This document shows positions 8,669 through 17,803 of a stretch of 64,000 nt of DNA, piece after piece. The notes beneath the pieces were generated by a model. That model saw nothing but the letters and a program-made list of their open reading frames with translations. It was not told the origin of the DNA and made no database searches. The DNA is taken from positions 2,400,001 through 2,464,000 of the forward strand of contig CAXXTU010000002.1 in assembly GCA_963662655.2 (NCBI GenBank), written 5' to 3'. Made by a program: the position numbers and the translations under genes. Positions within the stretch are counted from its first letter, which is position 1; each line of letters opens with the position of its first letter. Origin of the DNA: Candidatus Cloacimonadales bacterium (GTDB taxonomy: Bacteria; Cloacimonadota; Cloacimonadia; Cloacimonadales; JAIOQZ01).

Positions 8669-9631
8669 TTAACCCATCAGCTGCAGTGCCATCTGCGGAA
8701 GCGAGTTGGCCTGTGCGAGCATTGCGGTTGCAGCCTGTGTCAGTACCTGGTTTTTGACGAATTCGGACATTTCTGCCGCGATATCTACATCGGAGATATC
8801 GGATTCAGCAGCTTGCAGGTTTTCCGCCTGAGACGTCAGAGCGGTGATGGTGTTTTCAAGTCTCTGCATCATCGATCCAAGATGCGCGCGATGGTGCTCT
8901 TTCATGAGGATCGCCGAGTCAATCTGTTCCAGCGCTTGCTGTGCGAGGTGCTGGGTGGAGATTGATATCTTGGAGGCTGCTGAAGCAGTGGGGTCACCGA
9001 TTTCCTGGAACAGGCCGTTGGTCGACATGTCACCGATGTTGATGAAGTAGTAGTCTTCCAGACGGTTGTTGGTGAGTCCGAAGTGGATCTTGACACCGAC
9101 ATTGTTGGCATACTCGCCTTCAGCATCGTAGTTGTTGGCTGTCAAACTCGACGCACCTGATTGCAACCACCCACCCACGGTAATGTTGTTGTGGGCGTTG
9201 GTTGACAGATCACCGTTGAGGAGCTTGCGACCAGCGAATTCGGTTGCCGTAGCGATACGATCGATTTCCGCCGCCATTGCTGCAAATTCGGAATGCATAA
9301 TCTGACGCTGCTCGTGGGTGTAGGTACCCGTTGCAGCCTGTTCTGCGAGCTCTTTCATGCGGATGAGCTTCTCGTCGATAACCGCCATTGCTCCTTCGGC
9401 GGTTTCGAGCATGTTGATTGCCATTCCTGCATTCTCAATACCCTGATGCATCACACTGATATCTGCCCGCATTTTTTCACGTACCGCAAGGCCCGCAGCG
9501 TCGTCCTTAGCGGAATTGATTCTCAAACCAGTGGAAAGACGTTCGATGGAGGTTCCCATCTTGCTGTAATTGCTGTTCAGTGCGTTTGCAGAACGTACTG
9601 CAAACATATTGGTGTTAATTGAAAGTCCCAT
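8669..9631 (-). CDS. fliC: flagellin, divergent paralog
   Basis: MGLSINTN...RLSTGLRINSAKDDAAGLAV...QANSLPQMALQLMG; GGCAAGGATGCC hairpin (9656-9667) upstream. Confidence 0.96.
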   Translation of the reverse strand: MGLSINTNMFAVRSANALNSNYSKMGTSIERLSTGLRINSAKDDAAGLAVREKMRADISVMHQGIENAGMAINMLETAEGAMAVIDEKLIRMKELAEQAATGTYTHEQRQIMHSEFAAMAAEIDRIATATEFAGRKLLNGDLSTNAHNNITVGGWLQSGASSLTANNYDAEGEYANNVGVKIHFGLTNNRLEDYYFINIGDMSTNGLFQEIGDPTASAASKISISTQHLAQQALEQIDSAILMKEHHRAHLGSMMQRLENTITALTSQAENLQAAESDISDVDIAAEMSEFVKNQVLTQAATAMLAQANSLPQMALQLMG

Positions 9632-9757
9632 TTTCATCCTCCTTGATGTTCATTAGGCATCCTTGCCTTGGGTCTTTTTTTTTAAGGTAAAATTGATTGC
9701 TGCGTTAGGGGTAGGGTGATAAATTTGCGGTTGATACGAGAGGCGACTTCTCAGCCG

Positions 9758-10591
9758 TTACTTCGTCGTATCAATGTAATGTGAATCGGGCTTGATTGAT
9801 GCATATTTGGAAATGGCACGCATACCCGCGTTCCTTTTACCGAGCTCTACTCTTGCTTCTTCTTTCCGATTTTGCAGCTCCACGCTATTTTCGTTTTCCT
9901 TGTCAATGATCCGCCTGATTTTCAGGTTAATATCGGAAAGAATCGCGATTGCTTTAATCTTTTTTTGTGACTCGGAAGGAAGGCTGCGTAGGGTGTCGTA
10001 GTCTATCGCCGCGTGTATCTTGCTTATGTGGCTCAGAAGCTTCTTTTTTTGCGCCATCAAATTATTGAGACGATCGAGGTCCTCGATGTGGATCGCCTCG
10101 GATTCCCGCTCGGTTCTCTCGTAATATTTGCCATAGGCTATTTCGAGATTTCGCAGATGCCCGATGCTGAATTCGATGATGTCCTCGTCTTTTACGGTTT
10201 CCACCGGATGCCGGGTGTAATCGAGATTGGAAATCTGCTGCTCGATCTCGGCGATCCTGTTTTTCACCGTGTCAAGGTCCGGCCCGTGCACTTCGCTTTC
10301 GTTCTCGCTATCGGGTTCCGTTCCGGTGATGATCGATTCCGCGTAGAAAGATTGCTCGATGTTCTGCTTCTCGATGAGCAACCGCCCAAGCTCGATGGTG
10401 TAGAAGATGAGGTCGGGGTTACCTGCTTTCTCCTGATGGAGGATTTCCTGATGTTCCTCTTCCCGCGACTTCTGTTGTTGCTCGCCGGAGTGCTGTTCCT
10501 TCTGCTGTTGCTGAGAACCTGTCCGCTCGGCAATACGTATACCGTGGACTTCTCGAACTCCCGGAACACCGTTTTCATCGGAATACATCAT
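9758..10591 (-). CDS. hypothetical flagellar-associated helical protein (C-terminal half FlgN/FliT chaperone-like)
   Basis: Coiled-coil content; C-terminus 'AISKYASIKPDSHYIDTTK' resembles FlgN/FliT-type tails; directly upstream of the flagellins. Confidence 0.5.
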   Translation of the reverse strand: MMYSDENGVPGVREVHGIRIAERTGSQQQQKEQHSGEQQQKSREEEHQEILHQEKAGNPDLIFYTIELGRLLIEKQNIEQSFYAESIITGTEPDSENESEVHGPDLDTVKNRIAEIEQQISNLDYTRHPVETVKDEDIIEFSIGHLRNLEIAYGKYYERTERESEAIHIEDLDRLNNLMAQKKKLLSHISKIHAAIDYDTLRSLPSESQKKIKAIAILSDINLKIRRIIDKENENSVELQNRKEEARVELGKRNAGMRAISKYASIKPDSHYIDTTK

Positions 10592-10607
10592 TCTATCTCC
10601 CACAAAA

Positions 10608-10634
10608 TTATCGTTCGCGATAATAATATCTTAA
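10608..10634 (-). promoter_or_regulatory. possible sigma28 promoter
   Basis: TTAA-N15-AACGATAA; a second candidate AAAA-N15-CCCGATAA lies at 10799-10825. Confidence 0.35.
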
Positions 10635-10926
10635 GAAATACCTACTGATTTTCATGGTTAATTGTGTATTTATTCTTTGTTTTCTGGCAAGATAAAAATC
10701 AGACACCCAGACACTTTCATAAAACTTTGTATATCAAGTAATTAACATCACCTGAACAATAATTACATTTTTTACCATACCTTGCCTAATTAACTACATT
10801 ATCGGGAATTAGCCGAATATTTTTTCTCGAAATCATTTATTTGCTTGACAGATATCTTTTCATATCTGATTAGATATCCTGAGGGATGGTAAAGAGTCTG
10901 CGATCCCTGCGAACATGCGAGGCGCT

Positions 10927-11700
10927 ATGAAAAACTGTCTATTACTGATTATGTGCTGCTTCATTTTACTCTCGGCTTGCGCGGTTAACCAGGAAGTTCA
11001 AGTACTGCGCGAAAACGATGAGAAGCAGACGAACAAGATCGAAAAAAACGAGAAGGATATTGCATCGCTCTTCGTCCGGATGGACGAGGCGGACACCGGT
11101 TCACCTGCCAACCCGGAACTGAAACAGTATTATCAGGACAATCAGCAGCTCCTCCAGCAGATCAGACAGCTTAACATCAAGGTTGAGAACCTCCAAAACG
11201 ATGTCCGTCGCCTTACCGAGCAAGCGGTTCGGATGCAACGTATCGAAAGCGAAATCGAATCCATGAAGAATGCTCCGGCTCAAGCCCCGGTAACGGCAAC
11301 AACTCCCGCTCCGGTAGCGGCTACATCGAGCATGGAAGAATATCATTACCAGAAAGCGAGAGAAGCCTACGTCGCAAACGACGTCAACAAGGCGGCCGAA
11401 CAATTCAGAGAGTTTATCCGCAAGTATCCCGACCATCAACTCGCGGCAAATTCGCAGTACTGGCTGGGAGAATGCTACTACGCCATGGACAACTACACAG
11501 CGGCTCGCAACGAATTCCTGAAAGTCGTCGATTTCTATCCGAAATCCCCGAAGGTTCCGGACTCGCTTGTCAAGATCGCCCTCACCTACAAGCAGCAGGG
11601 ACAAATCGAGCAGGCGAAGACCGAGCTCAAGCGCTTGCAGAAGCTTTTCCCGAAATACGAGCGAATGGACCTGGTTCGTTCCCTGCTGAAGGAGATGTAA
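10927..11700 (+). CDS. cpoB: CpoB/YbgF-like TPR lipoprotein
   Basis: Lipobox LSAC, coiled coil, then YPDHQLAANSQYWLGECYY and YPKSPKVPDSLVKIA. Confidence 0.85.
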   Translation: MKNCLLLIMCCFILLSACAVNQEVQVLRENDEKQTNKIEKNEKDIASLFVRMDEADTGSPANPELKQYYQDNQQLLQQIRQLNIKVENLQNDVRRLTEQAVRMQRIESEIESMKNAPAQAPVTATTPAPVAATSSMEEYHYQKAREAYVANDVNKAAEQFREFIRKYPDHQLAANSQYWLGECYYAMDNYTAARNEFLKVVDFYPKSPKVPDSLVKIALTYKQQGQIEQAKTELKRLQKLFPKYERMDLVRSLLKEM

Positions 11701-11702
11701 GC

Positions 11703-12914
11703 ATGAAATTCTCCTTTTCCGCCGAATTACAGAAAATTCCTGACTATATACAAGGCGTTGACCGGGTATCCGAGGTGCGCACCATTATCGCTTCCAACGA
11801 GAATTACCGCCAGGAAGCCAGGCGCAAGCTGGAGGAATTCCTTCTGAAGATGATCGAGGTCGAGGCGTCGGATATCGACCTCGGCGGCGAAGGCGCACAA
11901 AACAAAGTGTGGTACAGAATCTTCGGCGACAAACGCAGGCACCCCGATTACGATTACATCGCCAGAGACGATTCCACCGCGCTGATATGCAGCATCATGA
12001 CCGAGCGCCAGATGGACGGCATCATGATCAGCCACAACTCCGACTTCTCATACAGGATTTTCGTCGGAGACATGCAGTACCGTTATCGCGCGGACGCCTA
12101 CATCGATATGGGGCACCTGGCCATCAACTTCCGTCTGATCAATCCCACGCCGTTCGACATCTCGAACATCGGTTTCCCGGGCGTCATCGTGAACAAGTTC
12201 GATCTCCAATTCGAGAAGAAGGGCCTCATCCTCGTCACCGGAATCACCGGCTCGGGAAAGAGCACCACGCTGGACGCGATCATCAACATGAACAACATGA
12301 AGAATGAAGCGCATGTGGTGATCATCGGCTCGCCCATCGAGTATTTCCACAAATCGGCCAAGTGCATCGTGCGCCACCGCGAGGTGGGACGCGACACGAT
12401 ATCCTTCAAGGACGGAACCATCGAAGCCCTGCGCCAGGATCCCGACATCATCGTCATCGGCGAGATGCGCGATCCCGACACCATCATGACGGCGCTGGAG
12501 GTTACCGATAGCGGTCACAAGGTTTTCTCAACCCTTCATACCGGTTCCGCCGTGGAAAGCGTCCACCGTATCGTGGCGGAGTGTCCCACGGACGAACAGA
12601 ACCGCGTCCGTATGCGTCTTGGAGATGTGCTGAGCGTTGTCGTTTCGCAGAAACTCGTTCCCTCCGTCGATGGCAAACGCGTTCTCGCCAAGGAAATCCT
12701 GAATGTAACGCCATGGGTCTCCGCGGCGATCATGAACAACAACATATCGGAAATCTACCAGATGATCAACGAGGGAAAAGAATACGGAATGATCACGCTG
12801 GAGCAAGACCTGATGCGTCTGTATGTAACCAAGAAAATAACCAAGGAGACGGCAATCTCCCACGCAAACCAGAAAAAAAGAATTGTCGAATTGATGAACT
12901 ATTACAGGAAATAA
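11703..12914 (+). CDS. pilT: PilT/PilU-family type IV pilus retraction ATPase
   Basis: GLILVTGITGSGKSTT, ALRQDPDIIVIGEMRD, SGHKVFSTLHT, VVSQKLV. Confidence 0.88.
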   Translation: MKFSFSAELQKIPDYIQGVDRVSEVRTIIASNENYRQEARRKLEEFLLKMIEVEASDIDLGGEGAQNKVWYRIFGDKRRHPDYDYIARDDSTALICSIMTERQMDGIMISHNSDFSYRIFVGDMQYRYRADAYIDMGHLAINFRLINPTPFDISNIGFPGVIVNKFDLQFEKKGLILVTGITGSGKSTTLDAIINMNNMKNEAHVVIIGSPIEYFHKSAKCIVRHREVGRDTISFKDGTIEALRQDPDIIVIGEMRDPDTIMTALEVTDSGHKVFSTLHTGSAVESVHRIVAECPTDEQNRVRMRLGDVLSVVVSQKLVPSVDGKRVLAKEILNVTPWVSAAIMNNNISEIYQMINEGKEYGMITLEQDLMRLYVTKKITKETAISHANQKKRIVELMNYYRK

Positions 12915-12918
12915 CTGA

Positions 12919-15126
12919 ATGGCAACAACCAACAAGATTTTTGGCGTCTATCTCGATGGCGATGAGCTGAAGGTAGCGCTTCTCTCCTGCGAAAAGGAGA
13001 TCATAACGATCGAAACCCTTTTCAAGGAGAAGCTTGTTGCCCAGGATGATAAAAAATCCGATCGTGATTTCTACGGAGCGGACTTCGCGGAAACATTCAG
13101 CGACGGCACGCACGAGCCGCCGCCCGACAGCTTCGATTTTACTCCGATGGCGAAGGGCGAAGACCTCGAGTTCGAGGAAGTCGGGGAGTTCTTTGATGAA
13201 TCCGCCGACGAAAGCCATGTAGCTCTTTCGAGAGTCGCACACGCCGTTCAGTTCACCTCGGCCCCCCTCGCACTGAATCTCGATGTCTCCAACATCAGCT
13301 ACAAGAAGATCGTGATTTCGGCCAAGACCTCCGACAAGAAGATCCTCGACAAGATAAAACGCGCATTCTACACGCCGGACGCGGTCACTATGTCCGCTTA
13401 CTCATGGTTCCAGTCCGGAGAGGATGAAATCGTCGGTATCCGTCACGAAGGATCGATGGACCTTCTGGAAAACCTGGTAACGATCAACCAGAATGAATTC
13501 GAGAACCGCTTCCAGTTCAAAGGCATCCATCCCAACGAAGTCGCGTTGATCAACTCGGTGCGCTACAATTACGAGATATTCGGCCTGGACATGACCGCGA
13601 TTTTCTACATCGGCAACGACTTTTGTCGTATCACGCTGATGCAGGGGGAAGATTTCTACCTCGAGCTCCCGATTATCAATGAAGGCTACAAGAAAGAGAA
13701 CATCCTCAACACGATCTACTCCCGCTTCCTTCTGGAGAAGGCGCACCACGATATCCCGGCGCTGAACCGCATTTTCCTCGCCGGTAACAATATCACTCAG
13801 GAGAAGATCGACTTCATCAAGGAGAAGGAGCCGGATGCGATCGTCGAAACGCTGCTGCCGGTAAACATCCTTCCAAATCCCAACAGCCCGGACGAGTACT
13901 CCGACAAGGAGCTGACGGAATATATTATTCCCATCTCGCTCGCCGCGATGCATCTCCAGCCGAAATCGCCGAAGTTCCTGAAGTCCAATTTCCTACCCAG
14001 GCAGTTGAAACATCAAAACCTGTTCTCGCTGGGGCTCACCGGTATTTTCATGATCGCCGTGATCCTGGCGACTACATTCTTCTCGATCAGCAGCATCGTC
14101 GGCTGGAAAGACAAGAACAAGATGCTCATGGTGGAGAACTCCACCGTTAAATCGCGCATCGAGTCGAACAACATCCTCATCGACTCCCTGAACGTGATCA
14201 GAAAGCGCATTGAAAACTACGAAAACAACATTTCGTGGGTCAAAAAATATATTGGAGAAGATAATCAATGGCATTATATTCTTGAAGAGGTTTCCAGTAA
14301 TTTTCTCGACCATAGTTTAAGCTGGAGCACAAACATTCATAAAGAAGAAGACCGCTTCAAGCTTGAAGGTTCTACAACCAAAAGAACCAATATCGTGGGA
14401 TTCTCCCAGATGTTTCCTTTCGGCTCGATCGAGAAGGTCGAGGAACGCCAGGTGGAAAGCTACACGGTTTGGGATTACCAGATCCTGTTCAATATGCCGG
14501 ATCCTTTGACGACGAAGATTTCCGACTCACAAAAACCGGACAGCTATATAAAGAGGTATAAAGAGAAGGCCGAGGAAGTAGCCAAGCCAAAGAAGCAAGA
14601 GAAAAAAGCGGAGAAGCCCCGTGAAGAGGAAAAGAAGCAGGAAATGCCTCAACCTCAACCGAAGCCTGATCCTGAAGCCGAAAAACCCAAAGAAGTGAAA
14701 GCGACTCCCAAAGCCGCCCCCAAGCAGGAGGAGAAGAAAACGGCTCCGAAAGAAACGCCTGTTGGAAAAGCGCTATACGATGAAGCGGTGAAACTTCATT
14801 TCGGCGGCAAGCATGCCGAAGCCGCGGTGAAATTCAAGGAATACATTGACAAGTATCGCGACAACCTTACCGTCAATGCAACCTATTTCCTTGGAGAATG
14901 TAACTATAAACTCGGGAAGCGGGAAGACGCCGAACGATTGTTCGTTAGCGTGCTGGATACCGGCAAGGCGAAAGTACCCGAAACGCTTCTGATGCTGGGC
15001 ATCCTGAACCGGGAAGACGGCAAGCTCAACATCGCTCACGAATACTGGAACGATCTCGTGCAGAGATATCCCAATAGTACGTACGCGGACATTGCACGCA
15101 AGAAGATTGCGAAATATAAACGGTAA
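12919..15126 (+). CDS. PilM-like/PilN-like fusion with Pro/Lys-rich linker and C-terminal YbgF-like TPR
   Basis: N-terminal GVYLDGDELKVALL, RIFLAG, NFLP plus a TM segment (PilN-like start), EKPK/PQP linker, terminal TPR (ATYFLGEC, YPNS). Confidence 0.6.
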   Translation: MATTNKIFGVYLDGDELKVALLSCEKEIITIETLFKEKLVAQDDKKSDRDFYGADFAETFSDGTHEPPPDSFDFTPMAKGEDLEFEEVGEFFDESADESHVALSRVAHAVQFTSAPLALNLDVSNISYKKIVISAKTSDKKILDKIKRAFYTPDAVTMSAYSWFQSGEDEIVGIRHEGSMDLLENLVTINQNEFENRFQFKGIHPNEVALINSVRYNYEIFGLDMTAIFYIGNDFCRITLMQGEDFYLELPIINEGYKKENILNTIYSRFLLEKAHHDIPALNRIFLAGNNITQEKIDFIKEKEPDAIVETLLPVNILPNPNSPDEYSDKELTEYIIPISLAAMHLQPKSPKFLKSNFLPRQLKHQNLFSLGLTGIFMIAVILATTFFSISSIVGWKDKNKMLMVENSTVKSRIESNNILIDSLNVIRKRIENYENNISWVKKYIGEDNQWHYILEEVSSNFLDHSLSWSTNIHKEEDRFKLEGSTTKRTNIVGFSQMFPFGSIEKVEERQVESYTVWDYQILFNMPDPLTTKISDSQKPDSYIKRYKEKAEEVAKPKKQEKKAEKPREEEKKQEMPQPQPKPDPEAEKPKEVKATPKAAPKQEEKKTAPKETPVGKALYDEAVKLHFGGKHAEAAVKFKEYIDKYRDNLTVNATYFLGECNYKLGKREDAERLFVSVLDTGKAKVPETLLMLGILNREDGKLNIAHEYWNDLVQRYPNSTYADIARKKIAKYKR

Positions 15127-15138
15127 CCGGACGATATT

Positions 15139-16155
15139 ATGTTAATGAAACTTCTGATTTTTGCCGTAGTTGTAGTCGTTGTGTTTCTCTTTCTGATGAT
15201 GCGTTCATCGAAGAAGAAAGGCGACGGAGGAGGAGCATCCTCACAGCCGGACGAATACATCATCGCATCATATCGTAGCGGCACGAACTACAAATTCCGT
15301 AATTTCATCATTCTCATCGTTATTTTACTCGCCGTGCTGGGCTGGTGGTTCTTCACCAACAAGAATCTCAAGAAGAACAACAAGGCCCTCACCGAAGAGA
15401 AAACAAAGCTCGAATCCGAACTGCAAGAGACGCATGGCGAGATCATGAAGAAACCGGAACTGGAAGCGCAACTCGACCGCATCCGCGAAGAGGTTTCTCT
15501 CAATAACAAGGTGATGCTCAAGGAAGATACTTCCACCAAGACGCTGGAGTACCTCTTCTACCTTGCGGATAAATACGGCGACTACATGCACTTCGATTTC
15601 GGACTCTCGGAATCGGGTGCGGACAAAGACGATCCTACGATCCGCTATAACAAGTATGTCCTCACAGGAAAGGCTTTCACCAACCAGATTTTCAGTTTTA
15701 TCGATCAATTGGAGCGGCAACCCCCGTTCTATGCTGTCGATGGGATCGCGCTGGAAGCCCTGCCGCCGGATCAGAAGGGGAAAGTGGATTTCTCCGTGGA
15801 ACTCACAGCGTATTTCACAGATAATGGAACGCCTCTCAACCGTATCGAGCTCTTCACCGGCAAATCGCGCCAGCTCGCCTACAATCCATTCTATCCACGC
15901 ATTCACTCGCCTGTCATCTCCGATGACGAAGAATTCATGCAACTCTTTGATCTGGATAACGGTACCGTTGTCGCGCTCAGCCCCGAACGCGTGTTCCTGC
16001 GCAATAACTCCTCGGGAATTATCCAGATATTCAATATTGGCGACCGCGTTCGCTATGGCTATCTCGAGAGCATCGACTGGGCAAACCAGCAGGCCGTTTT
16101 CCGGCTGAACCGTTACGGCGTTGCCGAGAGCATACGATTAGGGCTTAATCCATAA
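15139..16155 (+). CDS. PilO/PilP-like pilus alignment protein
   Basis: TM plus coiled coil, ferredoxin-like FSFIDQLE, then YNPFYP and GDRVRYGYLESID (PilP-like); lies between the PilMN-like gene and the secretin. Confidence 0.55.
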   Translation: MLMKLLIFAVVVVVVFLFLMMRSSKKKGDGGGASSQPDEYIIASYRSGTNYKFRNFIILIVILLAVLGWWFFTNKNLKKNNKALTEEKTKLESELQETHGEIMKKPELEAQLDRIREEVSLNNKVMLKEDTSTKTLEYLFYLADKYGDYMHFDFGLSESGADKDDPTIRYNKYVLTGKAFTNQIFSFIDQLERQPPFYAVDGIALEALPPDQKGKVDFSVELTAYFTDNGTPLNRIELFTGKSRQLAYNPFYPRIHSPVISDDEEFMQLFDLDNGTVVALSPERVFLRNNSSGIIQIFNIGDRVRYGYLESIDWANQQAVFRLNRYGVAESIRLGLNP

Positions 16156-16178
16156 TGAAAAGGAATAAAGGATATATC

Positions 16179-17372
16179 ATGAAATCCATGATTCAAGCAT
16201 TGATTGTGTTGAGTCTGCTGATGGTCATCATACCGGTCACAGCGCAAACAACGGGACAAACCGACGGCAAGGACCTCGTCAGCATGAGTTCCGATACCTC
16301 TTTCCAGCAAGCGCTCGGTATCCTGCAGGTTTACCTGATGCGAGAAGAAGGACGCATCTTCGTCGATCTCTCCAACACCAAGGGCGAGATCGGCATGAAG
16401 ATCGACAAGCTTCACTGGAAAGCGGCCATGATCAGCATTTTCACCGCCAAGGGATTGCTCTGGGAAGAAACATACAACGCCGTTTTGATCAGGAAACCCG
16501 ATGATTCGAAAGCCGGAGCACGTAAATCCGGTTCCGGCGCTACCGTTTCCGCGGCGCCCGTTGATGTGTCCAGGGACGAAGTGCTCATCGAAGTCACCTT
16601 CTTCGAAGCGGATCGCAACGCGCTCAGCGAAGTCGGTATCGATTGGACATCCCTTTCCGACGGCAAGGTCAACTTCTCCGCCAATCTGAACTCCTCGGAT
16701 CAGGTTACGGAAGACATCCTTTCCATCGCCGTCAACGAAACATGGAAAATCGGCTCTGGAACCATCGATCTGGTAACCCTTTTCGAGGTATTCGAAGCCA
16801 ACGACGAAGGCAGCGTGATATCACGCCAGCAGATAACGGTTACTTCCGGTGAAGAAGGCCAGGTGCTCGACGGCATGGAATTCTCCATCAAGTCGATTGA
16901 CGAATCCGGTAATACGACGGACAACTTCTACAAAGCCGGTACAATTGTAACCGTAACGCCAAACGTGCGAACGGAAGTTTCCGGCAACAAATTCATCGAG
17001 CTCGAAGTCAGCACGGAACGTAGCTCTGCCGAACCAGGCGCAGTCAGCACCATCGTCACGAAATCGAGCGCTAACACGAAGAAGATCCTTTACAACGGTG
17101 AAGAGGCCGTTATCGGCGGACTCACCAGCAAGGAGACTGCCGAAGTCCGCAAGGGTATCCCTTTCCTGAAGGACCTGCCGTGGTGGGTTCTCGGTATTCG
17201 CTACCTCACTGGCTACAACAGCCACCAGACCAAGACGAAGGAACTCCTGATCATCCTCAAGGCCACGATTATCCCCAACCTACAGGAACGCCAGGAAGCC
17301 AAGCCGGAGCTGAACGAAGACATCAACCGCATCAGAAAGGAAATTCCCAAGCTGGAAAAACAGCTTGAATAG
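16179..17372 (+). CDS. secretin (PilQ/GspD family), short form
   Basis: Signal peptide, VLIEVTFFE, GIDW, GEEAVIGGL, KGIPFLKDLP, ELLIILKATII. Confidence 0.85.
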   Translation: MKSMIQALIVLSLLMVIIPVTAQTTGQTDGKDLVSMSSDTSFQQALGILQVYLMREEGRIFVDLSNTKGEIGMKIDKLHWKAAMISIFTAKGLLWEETYNAVLIRKPDDSKAGARKSGSGATVSAAPVDVSRDEVLIEVTFFEADRNALSEVGIDWTSLSDGKVNFSANLNSSDQVTEDILSIAVNETWKIGSGTIDLVTLFEVFEANDEGSVISRQQITVTSGEEGQVLDGMEFSIKSIDESGNTTDNFYKAGTIVTVTPNVRTEVSGNKFIELEVSTERSSAEPGAVSTIVTKSSANTKKILYNGEEAVIGGLTSKETAEVRKGIPFLKDLPWWVLGIRYLTGYNSHQTKTKELLIILKATIIPNLQERQEAKPELNEDINRIRKEIPKLEKQLE

Positions 17373-17389
17373 ATCGCTAAGATTATCAG

Positions 17390-17422
17390 AAAAGCCGGAT
17401 CGAGTGTCCGGCTTTTTTTTTT
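17390..17422 (+). terminator. intrinsic terminator
   Basis: AAAAGCCGGA...TCCGGCTTTTTTTTTT. Confidence 0.85.
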
Positions 17423-17499
17423 CTCTTGTCGACCAGTGCTTTAATGAATCTGCAATGTCCCCTTCGGACAGAATGTTATGAAAATGTAAGTGAATATCC

Positions 17500-17770
17500 G
17501 TTTATAATGCGGCTTTCCCCATCATTACTTTTCTTAGAATTTGCTTTGTGGACTTAGGAGTTATACACAAAAGTAATTTGTGAGAAGTTTCTCATAATCA
17601 ATTGCCCCAGTACAAGTTACGGATTCGGAAAATATTTCCGGCAAAGTTATCCACAGGTTATCCACACAGCGAATTCACGTATTTTCAGGCAGTTGGAAAA
17701 TTATCGGCCCTTCACACTATCCACACACTCTCGTGGATAAATCACGTGTTCTTCACATAAGTTTTTACAA
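17500..17770. other. DnaA-box cluster, probable replication origin (oriC)
   Basis: TTATACACA 17561-17569; TTATCCACA 17647-17655 and 17658-17666; CTATCCACA 17717-17725; CGTGGATAA 17732-17740; TTCTTCACA 17749-17757; AT-rich gap between convergent genes. Confidence 0.75.
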
Positions 17771-17803
17771 TCCGGGGAACGTCCTCGAAAGAAACGAAAT
17801 CCA

